Shown here one piece after another: positions 7,559 to 17,941 of a stretch of DNA of 34,781 nucleotides. This DNA comes from a virus (taxonomy: Duplodnaviria > Heunggongvirae > Uroviricota > Caudoviricetes): IMG/VR virus record IMGVR_UViG_2880361019_000004, positions 1 to 34,781 of that record; one strand, written 5' to 3'. Below the pieces are notes generated by a model. It saw only the letters and a list, made by a program, of their open reading frames with translations, had not been told where the DNA came from and ran no database searches. Both the position numbers and the translations under genes were made by a program. Position 1 is the stretch's first letter. Each line of letters starts with the position of its first letter.

Positions 7559-8631
7559 GTGATTTCTCCCACCGTCAGCAGCTCACTGTCTCCCGCCTGA
7601 ACTGACGTCAGCGGACTGCGCACTTCAAAATCCTCCAGATTTTTCACCCCCGCCACAGCACGCCAGAAAGACGACGGCAGAACCAGACCGCCGGGCCGGG
7701 ATTCGTTGTATAACAGGTCGGTCAGCGCCTGTTTTACGGCCGCCTGATTCTCCGGTGTTTTCGGGATGATCCTGATGCTGAAGGGCACCGGCTTATTGGT
7801 CAGTTTAAACACGGTCACCGTCGGCCCCAGAGGCTGTCCGACAGGCTGGCCGGTCGCCGGATCATCATGACTGCGGATATAATCCGCCACCCGCTGAACA
7901 TCACCGTCACCGGGGAAAATATCCGGGTTATTATCCTGAACAAACGTTACCCCCACGCTGCCCGCCTGCGGCCATTCCGGGCGGCACCATGCCCGCGTCA
8001 CGCCCGGCACTTCACGCGCCCAGCGTTCAAAATCATACTGCGTGCCGCCGGACGGTGGATTCTGCACCCGGAAAACCAGACGGGAAAGCAGCTCCGGCAC
8101 GGTTTCCACATCCGCACCACCGGTGATCCCCGTTCCTGTCACCGTGGCCGTCTGGTTGATCCCCGCCTGCGGTGTGATAAATGTCAGTTTTGTCCCTGCC
8201 GGGGCATTCCCCGCACGACCGGCACTTTCGGCTTCCACACTGACATTCAGCGTACCGGCCTTACCGGTCAGTGAGGTGGTGATACGGTAAACCACGCCAT
8301 CACTTCGCTGGAGAAGCACACCTTCCTTGATCCCCGCATCCGTGGTCAGCATCAGCTGAACCGGCCCGTCCCCCCGAGAGGCAGGCTTACGCATGACGCC
8401 CCAGAATGCACAGTGTTTCAGCAGTTCGGCTTCATCGGCTTCGGTCGGGATGATCTGACGCGCAATCCAGGCCAGATGCTCATGCTCCTGAGCAGATAAC
8501 CCTGCCTGAGCGTAAGCAATGGCATTCAGGGTGGTTTCATTCACACCCGGCTGCGAGCCGGGCAGGCGCTGGCTGATATCCTGCTGTGTCTGCGTGATTA
8601 ACTGTGCCAGCGGTAAAGGCTGATAAGGCAT
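7549..8631 (-). CDS. Baseplate J-like protein (Mu gp47-like)
   Basis: 360-aa ORF in the conserved baseplate position, start overlapping the upstream stop. Confidence 0.7.
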   Translation of the reverse strand: MPYQPLPLAQLITQTQQDISQRLPGSQPGVNETTLNAIAYAQAGLSAQEHEHLAWIARQIIPTEADEAELLKHCAFWGVMRKPASRGDGPVQLMLTTDAGIKEGVLLQRSDGVVYRITTSLTGKAGTLNVSVEAESAGRAGNAPAGTKLTFITPQAGINQTATVTGTGITGGADVETVPELLSRLVFRVQNPPSGGTQYDFERWAREVPGVTRAWCRPEWPQAGSVGVTFVQDNNPDIFPGDGDVQRVADYIRSHDDPATGQPVGQPLGPTVTVFKLTNKPVPFSIRIIPKTPENQAAVKQALTDLLYNESRPGGLVLPSSFWRAVAGVKNLEDFEVRSPLTSVQAGDSELLTVGEITWL

Positions 8632-9068
8632 TACTCCCCCTTAAGATCAGCATAAAAAATCATGGGCCTCACTGAACCATCAGGCAGGGTTATGCGCACC
8701 GAAAGCGCCAGCCGCGCGTGCCCCACACGTTCTGCATGACAGACCACGGATGACGCCACGCCATCCTGACTGAGCCAGCCCAGCGCCTCATCCGCATAGG
8801 CACGGGCACGGCTTATCACCGAGGCCAGCGTTTTTTCCCGGCGGAGAAGCCACAGACGGGAGCCAATGGGACGCGGGCGAAAACTGTCTCCCCACCATCC
8901 CCGGCGGTCACGCGTACCGTCAGGGATTTCATCCGATGCCAGCGCCCGGCGGTCAGTAAACAGCGAAATCAGAACGGCCGTCAGCAGACTGTCATCCGTC
9001 AGCAGGTCGGCACCGTTCAGTTGCAGCGAACCGCACCCCTGATCCCATACAATTGCAATATCAGCCAT
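8631..9068 (-). CDS. Mu gp46-like baseplate protein
   Basis: Start set at MADIAIVWD, where ATG overlaps the upstream stop in an ATGGCTGA junction; the longer 193-aa form would overlap gp45 by 150 nt. Confidence 0.6.
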   Translation of the reverse strand: MADIAIVWDQGCGSLQLNGADLLTDDSLLTAVLISLFTDRRALASDEIPDGTRDRRGWWGDSFRPRPIGSRLWLLRREKTLASVISRARAYADEALGWLSQDGVASSVVCHAERVGHARLALSVRITLPDGSVRPMIFYADLKGE

Positions 9069-9675
9069 TCTCCGGCGCTCCTGTCTTACTGCCTTTGCCG
9101 TTATCCTGATGCACATGGCCGGAATAGGTGATCCCGGCAATAACGGCATCAGACATCGTGAACAGCCCGTCTGATTTACCTGTACCATCAAGCACGAAAT
9201 TACCCTTAACATGCAGGTTTTTATCCACCGTCACATTGCCCGTAAAGGTGGCCTCCGGCGTATCCACCCGCATCCCCTCATCGGCGTAAATCTCCAGCAT
9301 TTTGCATGTCACAATAATGCGACCATCCTTTGTTAACCGTATCCGGTGCCCCTCATGGTGATACACCCCCGTATCTCCGGCTGTGAGTCCGGTCGGGCGG
9401 CTGCGCCGGTCTTCCACCACAAGCACCACAGTCTGATCCCGCTGTCCGCCCAGACAGGCAAAAAAGGTTTCCGCACCCGGCAGGGGAACGCTGATCTGCC
9501 CGTACTGCTGGGGACGCTCCACATCATCAAAGGTTTCGCCGTCCATGCCGGTGAGCTGCACATTCTGCATTTTCAGTTCGTCATGTGTGCCGGTCAGAAC
9601 GCCCCGGCCAAACAACAGGCGAATACCGCGCGTTACCGGGGCAATCAGGCGGCTGAACACTTCATCATTCATCAA
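9061..9675 (-). CDS. Baseplate assembly protein V / spike (Mu gp45-like)
   Basis: 204-aa ORF in the conserved position after the P-like gene. Confidence 0.65.
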   Translation of the reverse strand: MMNDEVFSRLIAPVTRGIRLLFGRGVLTGTHDELKMQNVQLTGMDGETFDDVERPQQYGQISVPLPGAETFFACLGGQRDQTVVLVVEDRRSRPTGLTAGDTGVYHHEGHRIRLTKDGRIIVTCKMLEIYADEGMRVDTPEATFTGNVTVDKNLHVKGNFVLDGTGKSDGLFTMSDAVIAGITYSGHVHQDNGKGSKTGAPENG

Positions 9676-10789
9676 AGCTGATCCCCTGTTTTTTCATCTG
9701 CTGGCGAATAAAGGCATCAACATCGTCACCGGAACCACCCCGGCCCTTACTGTCCGGCTCTGCCGGAACGATAAAGCCGTCACGCGGTGCCAGTACCAGC
9801 CGGGTGACTTCCCCGTTATGTTCATCAAGTAAAAACTCCACCTGACAGACCAGCAGTTCAGTCTGTTCTATACCGAAACGCAGGGCTGAAACACCGGTCA
9901 GCAGATTGACATCCCATAACCGGCCATCATCCCGGAACCAGCCACGCACGGTGGCAGAAAACCGTTCTGAACGGGCAATCGCACGGCGCATTTCACGCAG
10001 GGCACGCTGCCGTGCACCGGTGGTGTCTGTCTGTTGATCGGCGAGGATGATTTTCGGCCGGTAGCGGCCGATCTGCTCATCACTGATGACGCCCACAGGT
10101 GCTGCCAGACGGGCGGCGGATTCGCTGTCTCCCCGTTTGCCACCACCGCGCCCGTGTCCCCGGACACGGTATTCGCTGTATCGTCCTCGCCAGTCCGTGT
10201 TGTAATCGGCATCAAGCAGGTTATCTCCCAGCACCAGTCTGTCCGTCTGCTGGCTTCCTGCCTGGGTGAACACCAGATCGCCGTCAGCATTACTGGTCAC
10301 CAGCACCCCGCGATGCCGGGCAGCACGGGTCAGCGCATCCGCCACGGTTTCTGAGTTTTCCAGCGTAAAAGAGCTGAAGGGGCGTGCAGCCGTGTCGTCG
10401 TTAACATGCCAGCGCACGGCTATCCCGAAGGGCGCACATAAATCTGCGGCAATCTGTGCCAGCGTCCGGTTGCGCCACTGGCTGCCGGGATGGATGGCGG
10501 CACAGTCCACCAGGTCGCCGGTTTTATCCCGACCGCTGATGCTGATCTGATGACGGGTTGCACTGATCCGCTGACTGACCTGATCCAGCCAGCCACTGAT
10601 GACCGTCTGCCCGTTAATTCTGAGCGTCAGGGACTGACCGGTTCGCAGGGCTGAGGGGATGCGCTCACCGGGCAGCATCAGCCCCAGTTCAAACGACCCG
10701 GCCAGATGCTCCAGCGAGCGACGGACGCTGACCGTCAGCCAGCCGGAAAAAATACTGCCACCGATATACAGTTCAATCCTGCTGCTCAC
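9665..10789 (-). CDS. Mu P-like tail protein (gpD-like baseplate hub)
   Basis: 374-aa ORF following the N-like gene with overlapping start. Confidence 0.7.
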   Translation of the reverse strand: MSSRIELYIGGSIFSGWLTVSVRRSLEHLAGSFELGLMLPGERIPSALRTGQSLTLRINGQTVISGWLDQVSQRISATRHQISISGRDKTGDLVDCAAIHPGSQWRNRTLAQIAADLCAPFGIAVRWHVNDDTAARPFSSFTLENSETVADALTRAARHRGVLVTSNADGDLVFTQAGSQQTDRLVLGDNLLDADYNTDWRGRYSEYRVRGHGRGGGKRGDSESAARLAAPVGVISDEQIGRYRPKIILADQQTDTTGARQRALREMRRAIARSERFSATVRGWFRDDGRLWDVNLLTGVSALRFGIEQTELLVCQVEFLLDEHNGEVTRLVLAPRDGFIVPAEPDSKGRGGSGDDVDAFIRQQMKKQGISFDE

Positions 10790-12131
10790 TGATCACCTCC
10801 ACGCTGCGGCCACCCGGAACAAAAACCGGATCGGGGATATTGTTTCTGCGGACAAAATACTGCCAGCGACTGCTGTTGCCGGTGGCACGGTACAGCGTGA
10901 CCAGTGCCGGTTCGGTGGTGCGAACCATGACCTGAAAAGCACCGGGAAGATGCACGCTCCGTGTGGTTAAATCTTCTGTCAGCGCAAGCCCTGCATCACG
11001 TAATGCAAGGGCAGTCCCGGTATAGCCCTGTGCGGACAGATCCAGCACCTGTTGTTCCATGGCATCGCTCAAATCCCGGTTGATACGCTGCACATCAGCA
11101 GAACTTTCCAGCCAGGCCAGTCCGCCCGAACGGTCAGTATCCTGAACGTGCGTCGTATTCTGCCGGATGACCTGATCCAGCAGTTTTCCGAGCGTCTGTG
11201 CCTGCGACACCAGGGTTGCACTCTGCATCACGCTCCGCAGCAGACGGATATTTTTCTGTGCCGCAGGCGTCAGGCCAATCAGGCGCTGTGGATCATCCTG
11301 TTCGCTGAGGGTGTAACGCAGGGAGGAAAGTGTGCGGTACAGCTGCGGCATGGCCTGCTCTGCCATGCTGTCACGGTTTGTGGTCAGGCTGCCGGACGGC
11401 GTTCCGGCTTTTCCGGTCAGAGACAGGGAAGGATCGCCGGGCAGCCCGGTCAGCACGGCAAACATTCCGGCCAGCGATTCAGCCATGCGACGGGGCGCAT
11501 TAATCAGGGCGGCGGCATTGCCTTTCAGGGCAGTAAAACTGGCCGTAAAGGCACTGATATCCTGCACAATCCCCATCCCCGAAACGGCATTCTCCAGTGC
11601 ATCAATCTTATCGCTGATGGTGTCGGTCATGGCCTGTACATCATGCAGACCGTCTGAAATCACCGTCCAGCCGTCTGAAAGCGTGTTAAACAGCTGATTC
11701 ATTGCTGAGCCGCTTTTCTGCTCCAGCGCAGCTGCCGTATCTTCTGCCACCGCAGGGGCGGTATCGTCACTGGCGGGGATCACGTTGATCGTGAACTCAA
11801 CCGTTCCCTGCTCGCTGGCGTTATAACGGCTTTCAAAGCTGTTTATCAGCACGTTTAACGTGCCGTAATCCGGGTGCATCAGTTCACCGGCACCGGGTGC
11901 ACGCAGCGCATCACGCAGGCGGCTTCGCTGTGTCTGAAGATCGTCTCCGGTAACCAGAACCGTGAATGTGAACTCCGGGAGTTTTGGCCCCAGATCATCC
12001 GCACCGCCGCTTTCACGCAGTGGGTATTCACGGCGCACAATGTTACGTCCGCCCCGTTCCCGCTGCTCCTGATAAACCAGGAACGGTACGCCACGAAAGG
12101 AGCCACGCCCCGGCGTGTCAGTAGAGGCCAT
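10773..12131 (-). CDS. Mu N-like DNA circularisation protein
   Basis: 452-aa ORF immediately downstream of the tape-measure gene. Confidence 0.65.
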   Translation of the reverse strand: MASTDTPGRGSFRGVPFLVYQEQRERGGRNIVRREYPLRESGGADDLGPKLPEFTFTVLVTGDDLQTQRSRLRDALRAPGAGELMHPDYGTLNVLINSFESRYNASEQGTVEFTINVIPASDDTAPAVAEDTAAALEQKSGSAMNQLFNTLSDGWTVISDGLHDVQAMTDTISDKIDALENAVSGMGIVQDISAFTASFTALKGNAAALINAPRRMAESLAGMFAVLTGLPGDPSLSLTGKAGTPSGSLTTNRDSMAEQAMPQLYRTLSSLRYTLSEQDDPQRLIGLTPAAQKNIRLLRSVMQSATLVSQAQTLGKLLDQVIRQNTTHVQDTDRSGGLAWLESSADVQRINRDLSDAMEQQVLDLSAQGYTGTALALRDAGLALTEDLTTRSVHLPGAFQVMVRTTEPALVTLYRATGNSSRWQYFVRRNNIPDPVFVPGGRSVEVISEQQD

Positions 12132-14182
12132 AGTTCCCTCCGTTCCAGACGTTCACATCCAGGCCATGCTGTGCGGTATCATCCACATCAATACTGCGCG
12201 CCCGCCAGCCTTCAGGGGCCACAAGCTCCACCCGTGCGGCGGTTTTCGCGGTGGCCTGTCCGCCGTTTTCGTCACTGCCGCCACGCAGTTTCTGCCAGGC
12301 CTGCGTCAGCCAGCCCCCCAGATAATCACCGAGATAGCTGCCCACCGTGGAACCAATGGCAACCCCGACCGGACCAGCAGCCGCCCCCAGCGCGCCACCG
12401 GCGATACTTCCGGCAAGGGAACCCACGGCACCGGCTTTATCGGCTGCACTGGCGCTGCTGTCCAGCAGTACAGGAGCCGCCATGGCACCGGCCCACAGGG
12501 CACCACCACCCAGCCGACCGGCACCACGGAACAGCCCGGCAAAACGCCCCAGCCCCATGCGGTTTCCGGCCGCCGTTAGCAGACCACCGGCACGGCTCAT
12601 CATACGACCGAAGAAGCCCTGTTTACCGGCACTCTCCGCCAGTTGCTCACCGGCAGTCACGACGGTCGTGACACCCCGTCCACGTCCGGGGCCGCGTTTT
12701 TTACGGCCGCGCACGGTTTTGCCGTCACCGCTGACCACCACATCCCCGCCACCTGAGGCCAGGCCACCCGCAGGCCAGTTGGTGACCAGCACGGGCTGAA
12801 CGGCAGCCGGATTTACCCCGGTAAGGAAATTCAGGAACCGGCCAGCGCGTCCGGGCTGCGTTCCCAGTACAGTGGTCTGCGGTTTGCGGTTTGCGGAAGG
12901 GCGACGTCAGCACGGAGGTCATCGCCATGCCATAGCGTAAGGGGGTTGCGCCGAGACGTAATGCCCCCGTCCCCGCAAACCTGAGCACCTTCAGCGCACG
13001 GGAGGCGAGATACATATACATCAGGTACTTTGCGGCGGTCTGCGCACCCTGACCAATGCGATCCAGCGCATCGCCATAACCGGCGTCGCGCAGTGCCTGA
13101 AGCGTTTCCCTGACTTTCTGAATGACCCGGTAAAAGCCGGTCGCAGCGTCTCTGGCATACTCAAATCCCTGATTCAGAGCTGAGGCCGTCTGTGTGGCCA
13201 GCTTATCCTGTAAGCCGCTTTTCTGTGCCGCATCGGCATAATCCAGGAAGCCTTTCAGGCTCTTTTTCAGGCTGTCAAACGGTCCCTTTGCCATCACCTC
13301 GCGGGCAAATCCGTCCCAGACGTCGCCCATCATGGACGTCATTCCCGTCCAGGAATTCATGGCGTTTTTCTGGGCACCTTTTGCCTGTTCGGCCATCACC
13401 TGAAATAACAGGCGAATGCTGTCCGGCCCCAGTTTTCCTTTTTCGCCTTTCTCACGGATGATCTTCTGGTTTACGCCCAGCTTATCGGCCAGTAACTGGT
13501 AAACGTTAATCCCGTATCCGGTCAGAATATTGGCGTCCGCTGCCTGGATACTCTGGCGGGCAAACATCTGTTTGAGTTGCAGGGACGCACCCTGTGCATC
13601 TGACAGTGACCAGCCGTGATAGCCGCCCTGATCCTGAAGCATGGTAATAAAGCGACGGGCTTCCCTGTCACTCATGCCAAACCCGCGACTGGAGGCGTAT
13701 TCCTGCATAACCCCCGCCAGCCCCCAGGTGGTGTCTTTGGCGTTCTGTACTGCCCAGGCTTTCACTGCTTCCGTTTTTGCCGTATCGCCATGATTAATGG
13801 CGTTGAGACGCAGAATATAGTTCTCCATCTCTGCGGCCGGGCGGATAAAGGCTTTATTAAAACCGTAGACCGCAGCCCCTCCCGCCAGCATCCCGTAAAG
13901 GTTGCTTATCCGCCCGATGGTGCCGGTAATGCTGCCCTGCAGGCGGTCAAAATCTGACGTTACCGTGCGGATGCTGCCACGAACACCGGCAAGCGTTCGC
14001 TGCATACGGGAGCCGACAAGTTCTGTTTCCTGACCGGCCCGGCGGGCTGCATTTCCAAGACCACCCAGGCCTGTCCTGCCGGAACGGGAGAACGCCCCCA
14101 GCTCCTGTGACCACTGGCGGGATTTGGCGGAAATATTGCCGAGTAAATCGACAATCAGGGAGGCTTTCAGGTTTTTTGCCAT
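12118..14182 (-). pseudogene. Tail tape-measure gene, frameshifted
   Basis: Two overlapping ORFs (12725-14182 and 12118-12792) in different frames; a 7-bp tandem duplication at 12878-12896 lies at the frame switch and removing one copy restores a single ORF of about 690 codons. Confidence 0.75.
12878..12896. repeat. 7-bp tandem duplication (tgcggtt, 2.7 copies) at the tape-measure frameshift
   Basis: Read directly: tgcggtt tgcggtt tgcgg. Confidence 0.85.
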
Positions 14183-14185
14183 GGG

Positions 14186-14380
14186 TTACTGCTTCGTTCT
14201 GAGAATTTTTTCGGTCTGTCGGCAGTGCCGGTAAAGCTGCGATAAAGGGAGGTTAAGCGCCCACTCCGGGCCGCTTTTTGTCACCATCCCCAGCACAATT
14301 GCGGCTTCTTCAATCTGATCCCGGCACTGCATCTGGTCGCCCCCGTTCAGCGACCAGCTTTCCTGCCATCGCGGAATCAA
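14186..14380 (-). CDS. Possible +1-frame extension of the tail assembly chaperone
   Basis: Open frame overlapping the 3' end of the chaperone ORF and ending 3 nt before the tape-measure start; no own ATG (track start is TTG). Confidence 0.3.
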   Translation of the reverse strand: MIPRWQESWSLNGGDQMQCRDQIEEAAIVLGMVTKSGPEWALNLPLSQLYRHCRQTEKILRTKQ

Positions 14381-14789
14381 GCAGGCTTACCGCCGCCATC
14401 AGACGGGAGAGATCGCGCTCGCTGAGCTGTCCGATCTGACGCGGAGACAATGGCCCCTCAATCTGGCCAACAGCGGCAATCTGACGGCGCAGCAGTGCAA
14501 TGCCGCGCAGTGCCGGCGAGGCTATCAGAACCGGGCCGCCATTTCGGGTTTCCATAAGACGCTCGGCCTCGGTTTCCGCGTCAATGCTGTCTTTCGCCGT
14601 CAGTTCGCGGAAGGTGACGCGGTATTCACGGGATTCCCCGAACGGCAGACCGTCGAGCAGATCCACATAGCCGTTCGCCAGCTGTTCAGCCAGCCCGGCG
14701 GTGCGGGGATCGCCGTCTTCAAGTGCATCCCGGATAGCCTCCATCACGGCCTCGTCAGAAACCGCCGTTTTTTTCTTACGTGTGGTCAT
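14310..14789 (-). CDS. Tail assembly chaperone (Mu gp41-like)
   Basis: 159-aa acidic ORF between tail tube and tape measure. Confidence 0.55.
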   Translation of the reverse strand: MTTRKKKTAVSDEAVMEAIRDALEDGDPRTAGLAEQLANGYVDLLDGLPFGESREYRVTFRELTAKDSIDAETEAERLMETRNGGPVLIASPALRGIALLRRQIAAVGQIEGPLSPRQIGQLSERDLSRLMAAVSLLDSAMAGKLVAERGRPDAVPGSD

Positions 14790-14803
14790 TGCATTTTTCC
14801 TGA

Positions 14804-15169
14804 TTACTGGACACGGGTACTGGTGGCGCTGGCGAACTTCGCGGAGATATCACCGCCACCGTCAAGCGAGGCCGGTTCACTGCTCCAGGCCTTCGTCATC
14901 ATGTGGACTTCACCGGTATCGGCCACGAACTCAATCGTGACCGCAGTCCAGGTGTTGATTTCATCGGCAGCCGGTGAACCTTCTCCGCCAGCCGGAAATT
15001 TACAGTCCAGCGTCGCCTCACGGGGTTTCTCACGATAGCCATAGACTTTCGCGCCTTTCACCACTTCACGCTCAAAGCCGGACGGGGAGAACGTGGCTCC
15101 CTCAAGGGTGGCGTACTCCTGTCCGTTCACACGGATGGTGGCCGTGCCCTGATGCTGTTTTCCGCTCAT
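14804..15169 (-). CDS. Tail tube protein (Mu M-like)
   Basis: 121-aa ORF immediately downstream of the sheath gene. Confidence 0.7.
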   Translation of the reverse strand: MSGKQHQGTATIRVNGQEYATLEGATFSPSGFEREVVKGAKVYGYREKPREATLDCKFPAGGEGSPAADEINTWTAVTIEFVADTGEVHMMTKAWSSEPASLDGGGDISAKFASATSTRVQ

Positions 15170-15177
15170 GCCTTACC

Positions 15178-16680
15178 TCACAAAATGAAACGGATCTGCG
15201 CGGCCATGAAGCGGAACTGGTTAACCAGATCCGGTGTACACATCACATCCAGACGGTTACGGTCTTTTGTGTTGCGCTCCACGAGCAGATTCTTTTTAAA
15301 GGTGTCCAGATTTTCGACCAGCCCGAGTTCCACCCATTCTTCCCCCAGTGCAATCAGCTGGAGCGTCATAATCTCCGGCGTCACGATATTCTGACCGGGC
15401 CGGACGGGAGTACCGTTATCGGCCAGTTTGTGGCGCGGGAAACGCTGCGTGATAAAGGTGCGCAGGGAATAACGCAGATATGACAGGGTGTAGATGGTTT
15501 CTACATCCAGATAGCTGGGATCGCTTTCGCCGTATGCATTCTGACGGTACATCGTCACCTGACGTTCAATCTGCACCACATCAGCGGCCGCAACGGTCAC
15601 CGTGGACATGCCGGTATAAAGCAGGCTGTTTCGCTCTTCCCGCGTCAGACGATCCGGTGCTTCAGGTGCCATACGGGCAGGCAGCGCCAGTGTCTGTAAT
15701 GGTCGGGCCGGATCCGTTGACAGGGAGGGCGCACAGACCGCACAAATGGAGGCAGCCCAGACATAATCCGGCTCTGGTGCTTTAGGAATAGAAGTGCAGG
15801 TAAACAGGAAGTCATTACGGGATTCACCAAAACTGGTTGCCGTACCGAAGGTGCCGGTATGCGCCATCCAGACCATACCGTCCGACATTTTTACCGGTCC
15901 CCAGCGTTTCAGCAGTTCATCCGCCAGAATTTTGAGATTTGCCGCATCCTTATAGGGCATGACGATGTAGTTGTACTGACGATTCCCCATCCCTGAGACG
16001 CTACGGGTGATATCGGGGTTTGTTGCCTTCTGTGTTGGCGCGACGAGCTCCAGCGTAAGACCGGCCGGTGTAGTTTCACCGTCATAATAGTTCACCCGTA
16101 AATCATGAGCTGAGCATTCACCGATAAAGCGGGCGTTAACCCCCATGCTGCCTTTAAGTCCTTCAGCATTATCACCACTGACTTCAGCTGCGATAGCAGT
16201 GAATGGCGCATCAGTGTCAGCGTTAATGACCTTAGCCAGCTCTTCCACAAGCTCTTTACCTTTTTTCCCCTTACTGACGGGCAGGAGGTAACGGCGACCG
16301 CCGATGTAAACACTTAACACCCCGTCTGCCAATGCTGTTCCAATGATATTCATCACGCATGCCCTGGACTGACCTGTTCCAGCCCCCTGTGCAATGGCAT
16401 ATAACTCTGTGTCAGGGTTAATGGCGATAAATTCCTCTACCATCAGTGCAATCATGGAACCTCGCCCCCAGAGTTCTCTTGCTTGTGAAGCTCGGGTAAT
16501 ACGTACTGGTACATCAAGCTGACCGCGCCCCTGAATGGTGGTGTCTTTCATTGCAGCCTGACCAAACAACAGTACCGCCTGACGCTGTGGTGGAGTGCCG
16601 GTCACGGCCATTGAATTATTGATTTCAATCTGTACCAGCGGAATGCGATTGTTATCGCCGATATAATCAAAGTTAATCAT
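15178..16680 (-). CDS. Contractile tail sheath protein (Mu L-like)
   Basis: 500-aa ORF with sheath-protein character in the conserved position. Confidence 0.8.
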   Translation of the reverse strand: MINFDYIGDNNRIPLVQIEINNSMAVTGTPPQRQAVLLFGQAAMKDTTIQGRGQLDVPVRITRASQARELWGRGSMIALMVEEFIAINPDTELYAIAQGAGTGQSRACVMNIIGTALADGVLSVYIGGRRYLLPVSKGKKGKELVEELAKVINADTDAPFTAIAAEVSGDNAEGLKGSMGVNARFIGECSAHDLRVNYYDGETTPAGLTLELVAPTQKATNPDITRSVSGMGNRQYNYIVMPYKDAANLKILADELLKRWGPVKMSDGMVWMAHTGTFGTATSFGESRNDFLFTCTSIPKAPEPDYVWAASICAVCAPSLSTDPARPLQTLALPARMAPEAPDRLTREERNSLLYTGMSTVTVAAADVVQIERQVTMYRQNAYGESDPSYLDVETIYTLSYLRYSLRTFITQRFPRHKLADNGTPVRPGQNIVTPEIMTLQLIALGEEWVELGLVENLDTFKKNLLVERNTKDRNRLDVMCTPDLVNQFRFMAAQIRFIL

Positions 16681-16958
16681 CAGGACGTCCCCTTATCTGA
16701 TGCTGCGGTTTTTTCAGCCACCGCCGCAGTTTTTTCTGCTGCCGCTCCCGCTGGTTTTGCCGCCGCGCCGGTATTACCTGTTGTGGCAGCCGGGGCAGGC
16801 TCCTCCGTTTTATCCACCACAATGACGTCACCATCATTAAGACGGCGGCACCAGAACGGAGTGAAGGGTTTCTCTTCACCGTCCTGTGAGAGCGGAGTCA
16901 TCGTGTCGGGATCGCGAATCAGGCATCCCGGCGCAGGTTTAATAAAAATGGTTGTCAT
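16680..16958 (-). CDS. Small Ala-rich phage protein (DUF2635-like)
   Basis: 92-aa ORF with Ala/Lys-rich low-complexity tail, upstream of sheath. Confidence 0.45.
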   Translation of the reverse strand: MTTIFIKPAPGCLIRDPDTMTPLSQDGEEKPFTPFWCRRLNDGDVIVVDKTEEPAPAATTGNTGAAAKPAGAAAEKTAAVAEKTAASDKGTS

Positions 16959-16961
16959 CTG

Positions 16962-17525
16962 TTATTCCTCTGACGGTCCGGCGTTTTCACCGGCGGCAGT
17001 TGCACCAGGCAGACGGATGTGTGCCTTAAACTCCGGCGTGCCTTCCGGTTCGGTAAAGGTTTCGTAATGGCGCAGGAAATCATCCAGCGAGCTGATATCC
17101 GTCAGCGGGTCGATCATTTCCTCGCATGAGAAATACAGGGCGTACATCACGGCACCGCTGCCTGCCTGCGTTTCGGTGTAACCGTTGACCGCCTTTTCAA
17201 AGTAAAGCGGTGAGGTTTTTTCTGCTCTGAAGCCGTCCAGCAAGGTAATCAGGCGGGCCACAATCTGATAAAGCCCGGGACGGCTGACCTCACGGCCATT
17301 GAGCATGTCGCCGATGACGTAGAACACCCAGTGACTGACCAGACGCCCACGGGTACGCCCTTCACCGGCACCCAGCCAGGCAACATAGATAGCCGGGGCG
17401 TTAATCAGCATGGTACGCAGTACGCTGTCGCTCCAGTCGCCGGGATGTGTGTCAACAGACACCAGTTCATTCCCGAAATACTCACGGATACGGGCGATGT
17501 ACGCTTGCTCGGTTTCCGTAATCAT
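16962..17525 (-). CDS. Mu gp37-like head-tail joining protein
   Basis: 187-aa ORF in the conserved position. Confidence 0.55.
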   Translation of the reverse strand: MITETEQAYIARIREYFGNELVSVDTHPGDWSDSVLRTMLINAPAIYVAWLGAGEGRTRGRLVSHWVFYVIGDMLNGREVSRPGLYQIVARLITLLDGFRAEKTSPLYFEKAVNGYTETQAGSGAVMYALYFSCEEMIDPLTDISSLDDFLRHYETFTEPEGTPEFKAHIRLPGATAAGENAGPSEE

Positions 17526-17941
17526 ATAAAGCCCTTCTGGTTGCGCCCGAACACCGCCGCATCAGACTGCACCTGCGGTAAATCCCCGGATTCAGGGGCC
17601 GCACCGTCTGTATCCACGCCGACCGGCACGTTACCGTTCATGACATCTTTCAGCCAGGCCAGCGCCTCACGGTAACGGTCACGCGCCTGATCGGATGCCC
17701 GCTGATCGCACAGGTAATAAAAGGCAATCGTGCAGCAATGCTGAACAAGGACCGCCGGAACCACCGCCAGCGGCAGCGTGTAACGGGCAGACAGGTAACT
17801 GTCGATAAGGGCAGACGCGTCCGTCAGTGCCCGGTTCAGCTTGCGTGTGTCCGGCTCATCCGAACGGGGCACGGCCAGTAATGGCCTGAGCAAATCCTCG
17901 CGGTAACGTGCCCGCATATCGGTTTCGGTGGCGTAATTCAT
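17522..17941 (-). CDS. Mu gp36-like head completion protein (DUF1320-like)
   Basis: 139-aa ORF in the conserved position with overlapping stop/start. Confidence 0.55.
   Translation of the reverse strand: MNYATETDMRARYREDLLRPLLAVPRSDEPDTRKLNRALTDASALIDSYLSARYTLPLAVVPAVLVQHCCTIAFYYLCDQRASDQARDRYREALAWLKDVMNGNVPVGVDTDGAAPESGDLPQVQSDAAVFGRNQKGFI

Noticed and set aside
8631-9212. 193-aa form of the gp46-like ORF starting at 9212
   Set aside because: The first 47 codons overlap the gp45-like gene in another frame; the internal ATG at 9068 overlaps the upstream stop as expected for coupled genes.
11874-12671. 265-aa Pro/Arg-rich plus-strand ORF, and similar long ORFs at 11052-11657, 12347-12799, 19285-19848 and 25973-26572
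   Set aside because: They are antisense to well-supported phage structural genes in GC-rich DNA, have low-complexity composition and lack ribosome-binding sites.
16700-16800. Repetitive GC-rich stretch (gccgc and gctgc repeats)
   Set aside because: It encodes the Ala/Lys-rich tail of a small phage protein; there are no regular spacers or a CRISPR-like array. No CRISPR array was found anywhere in the window.
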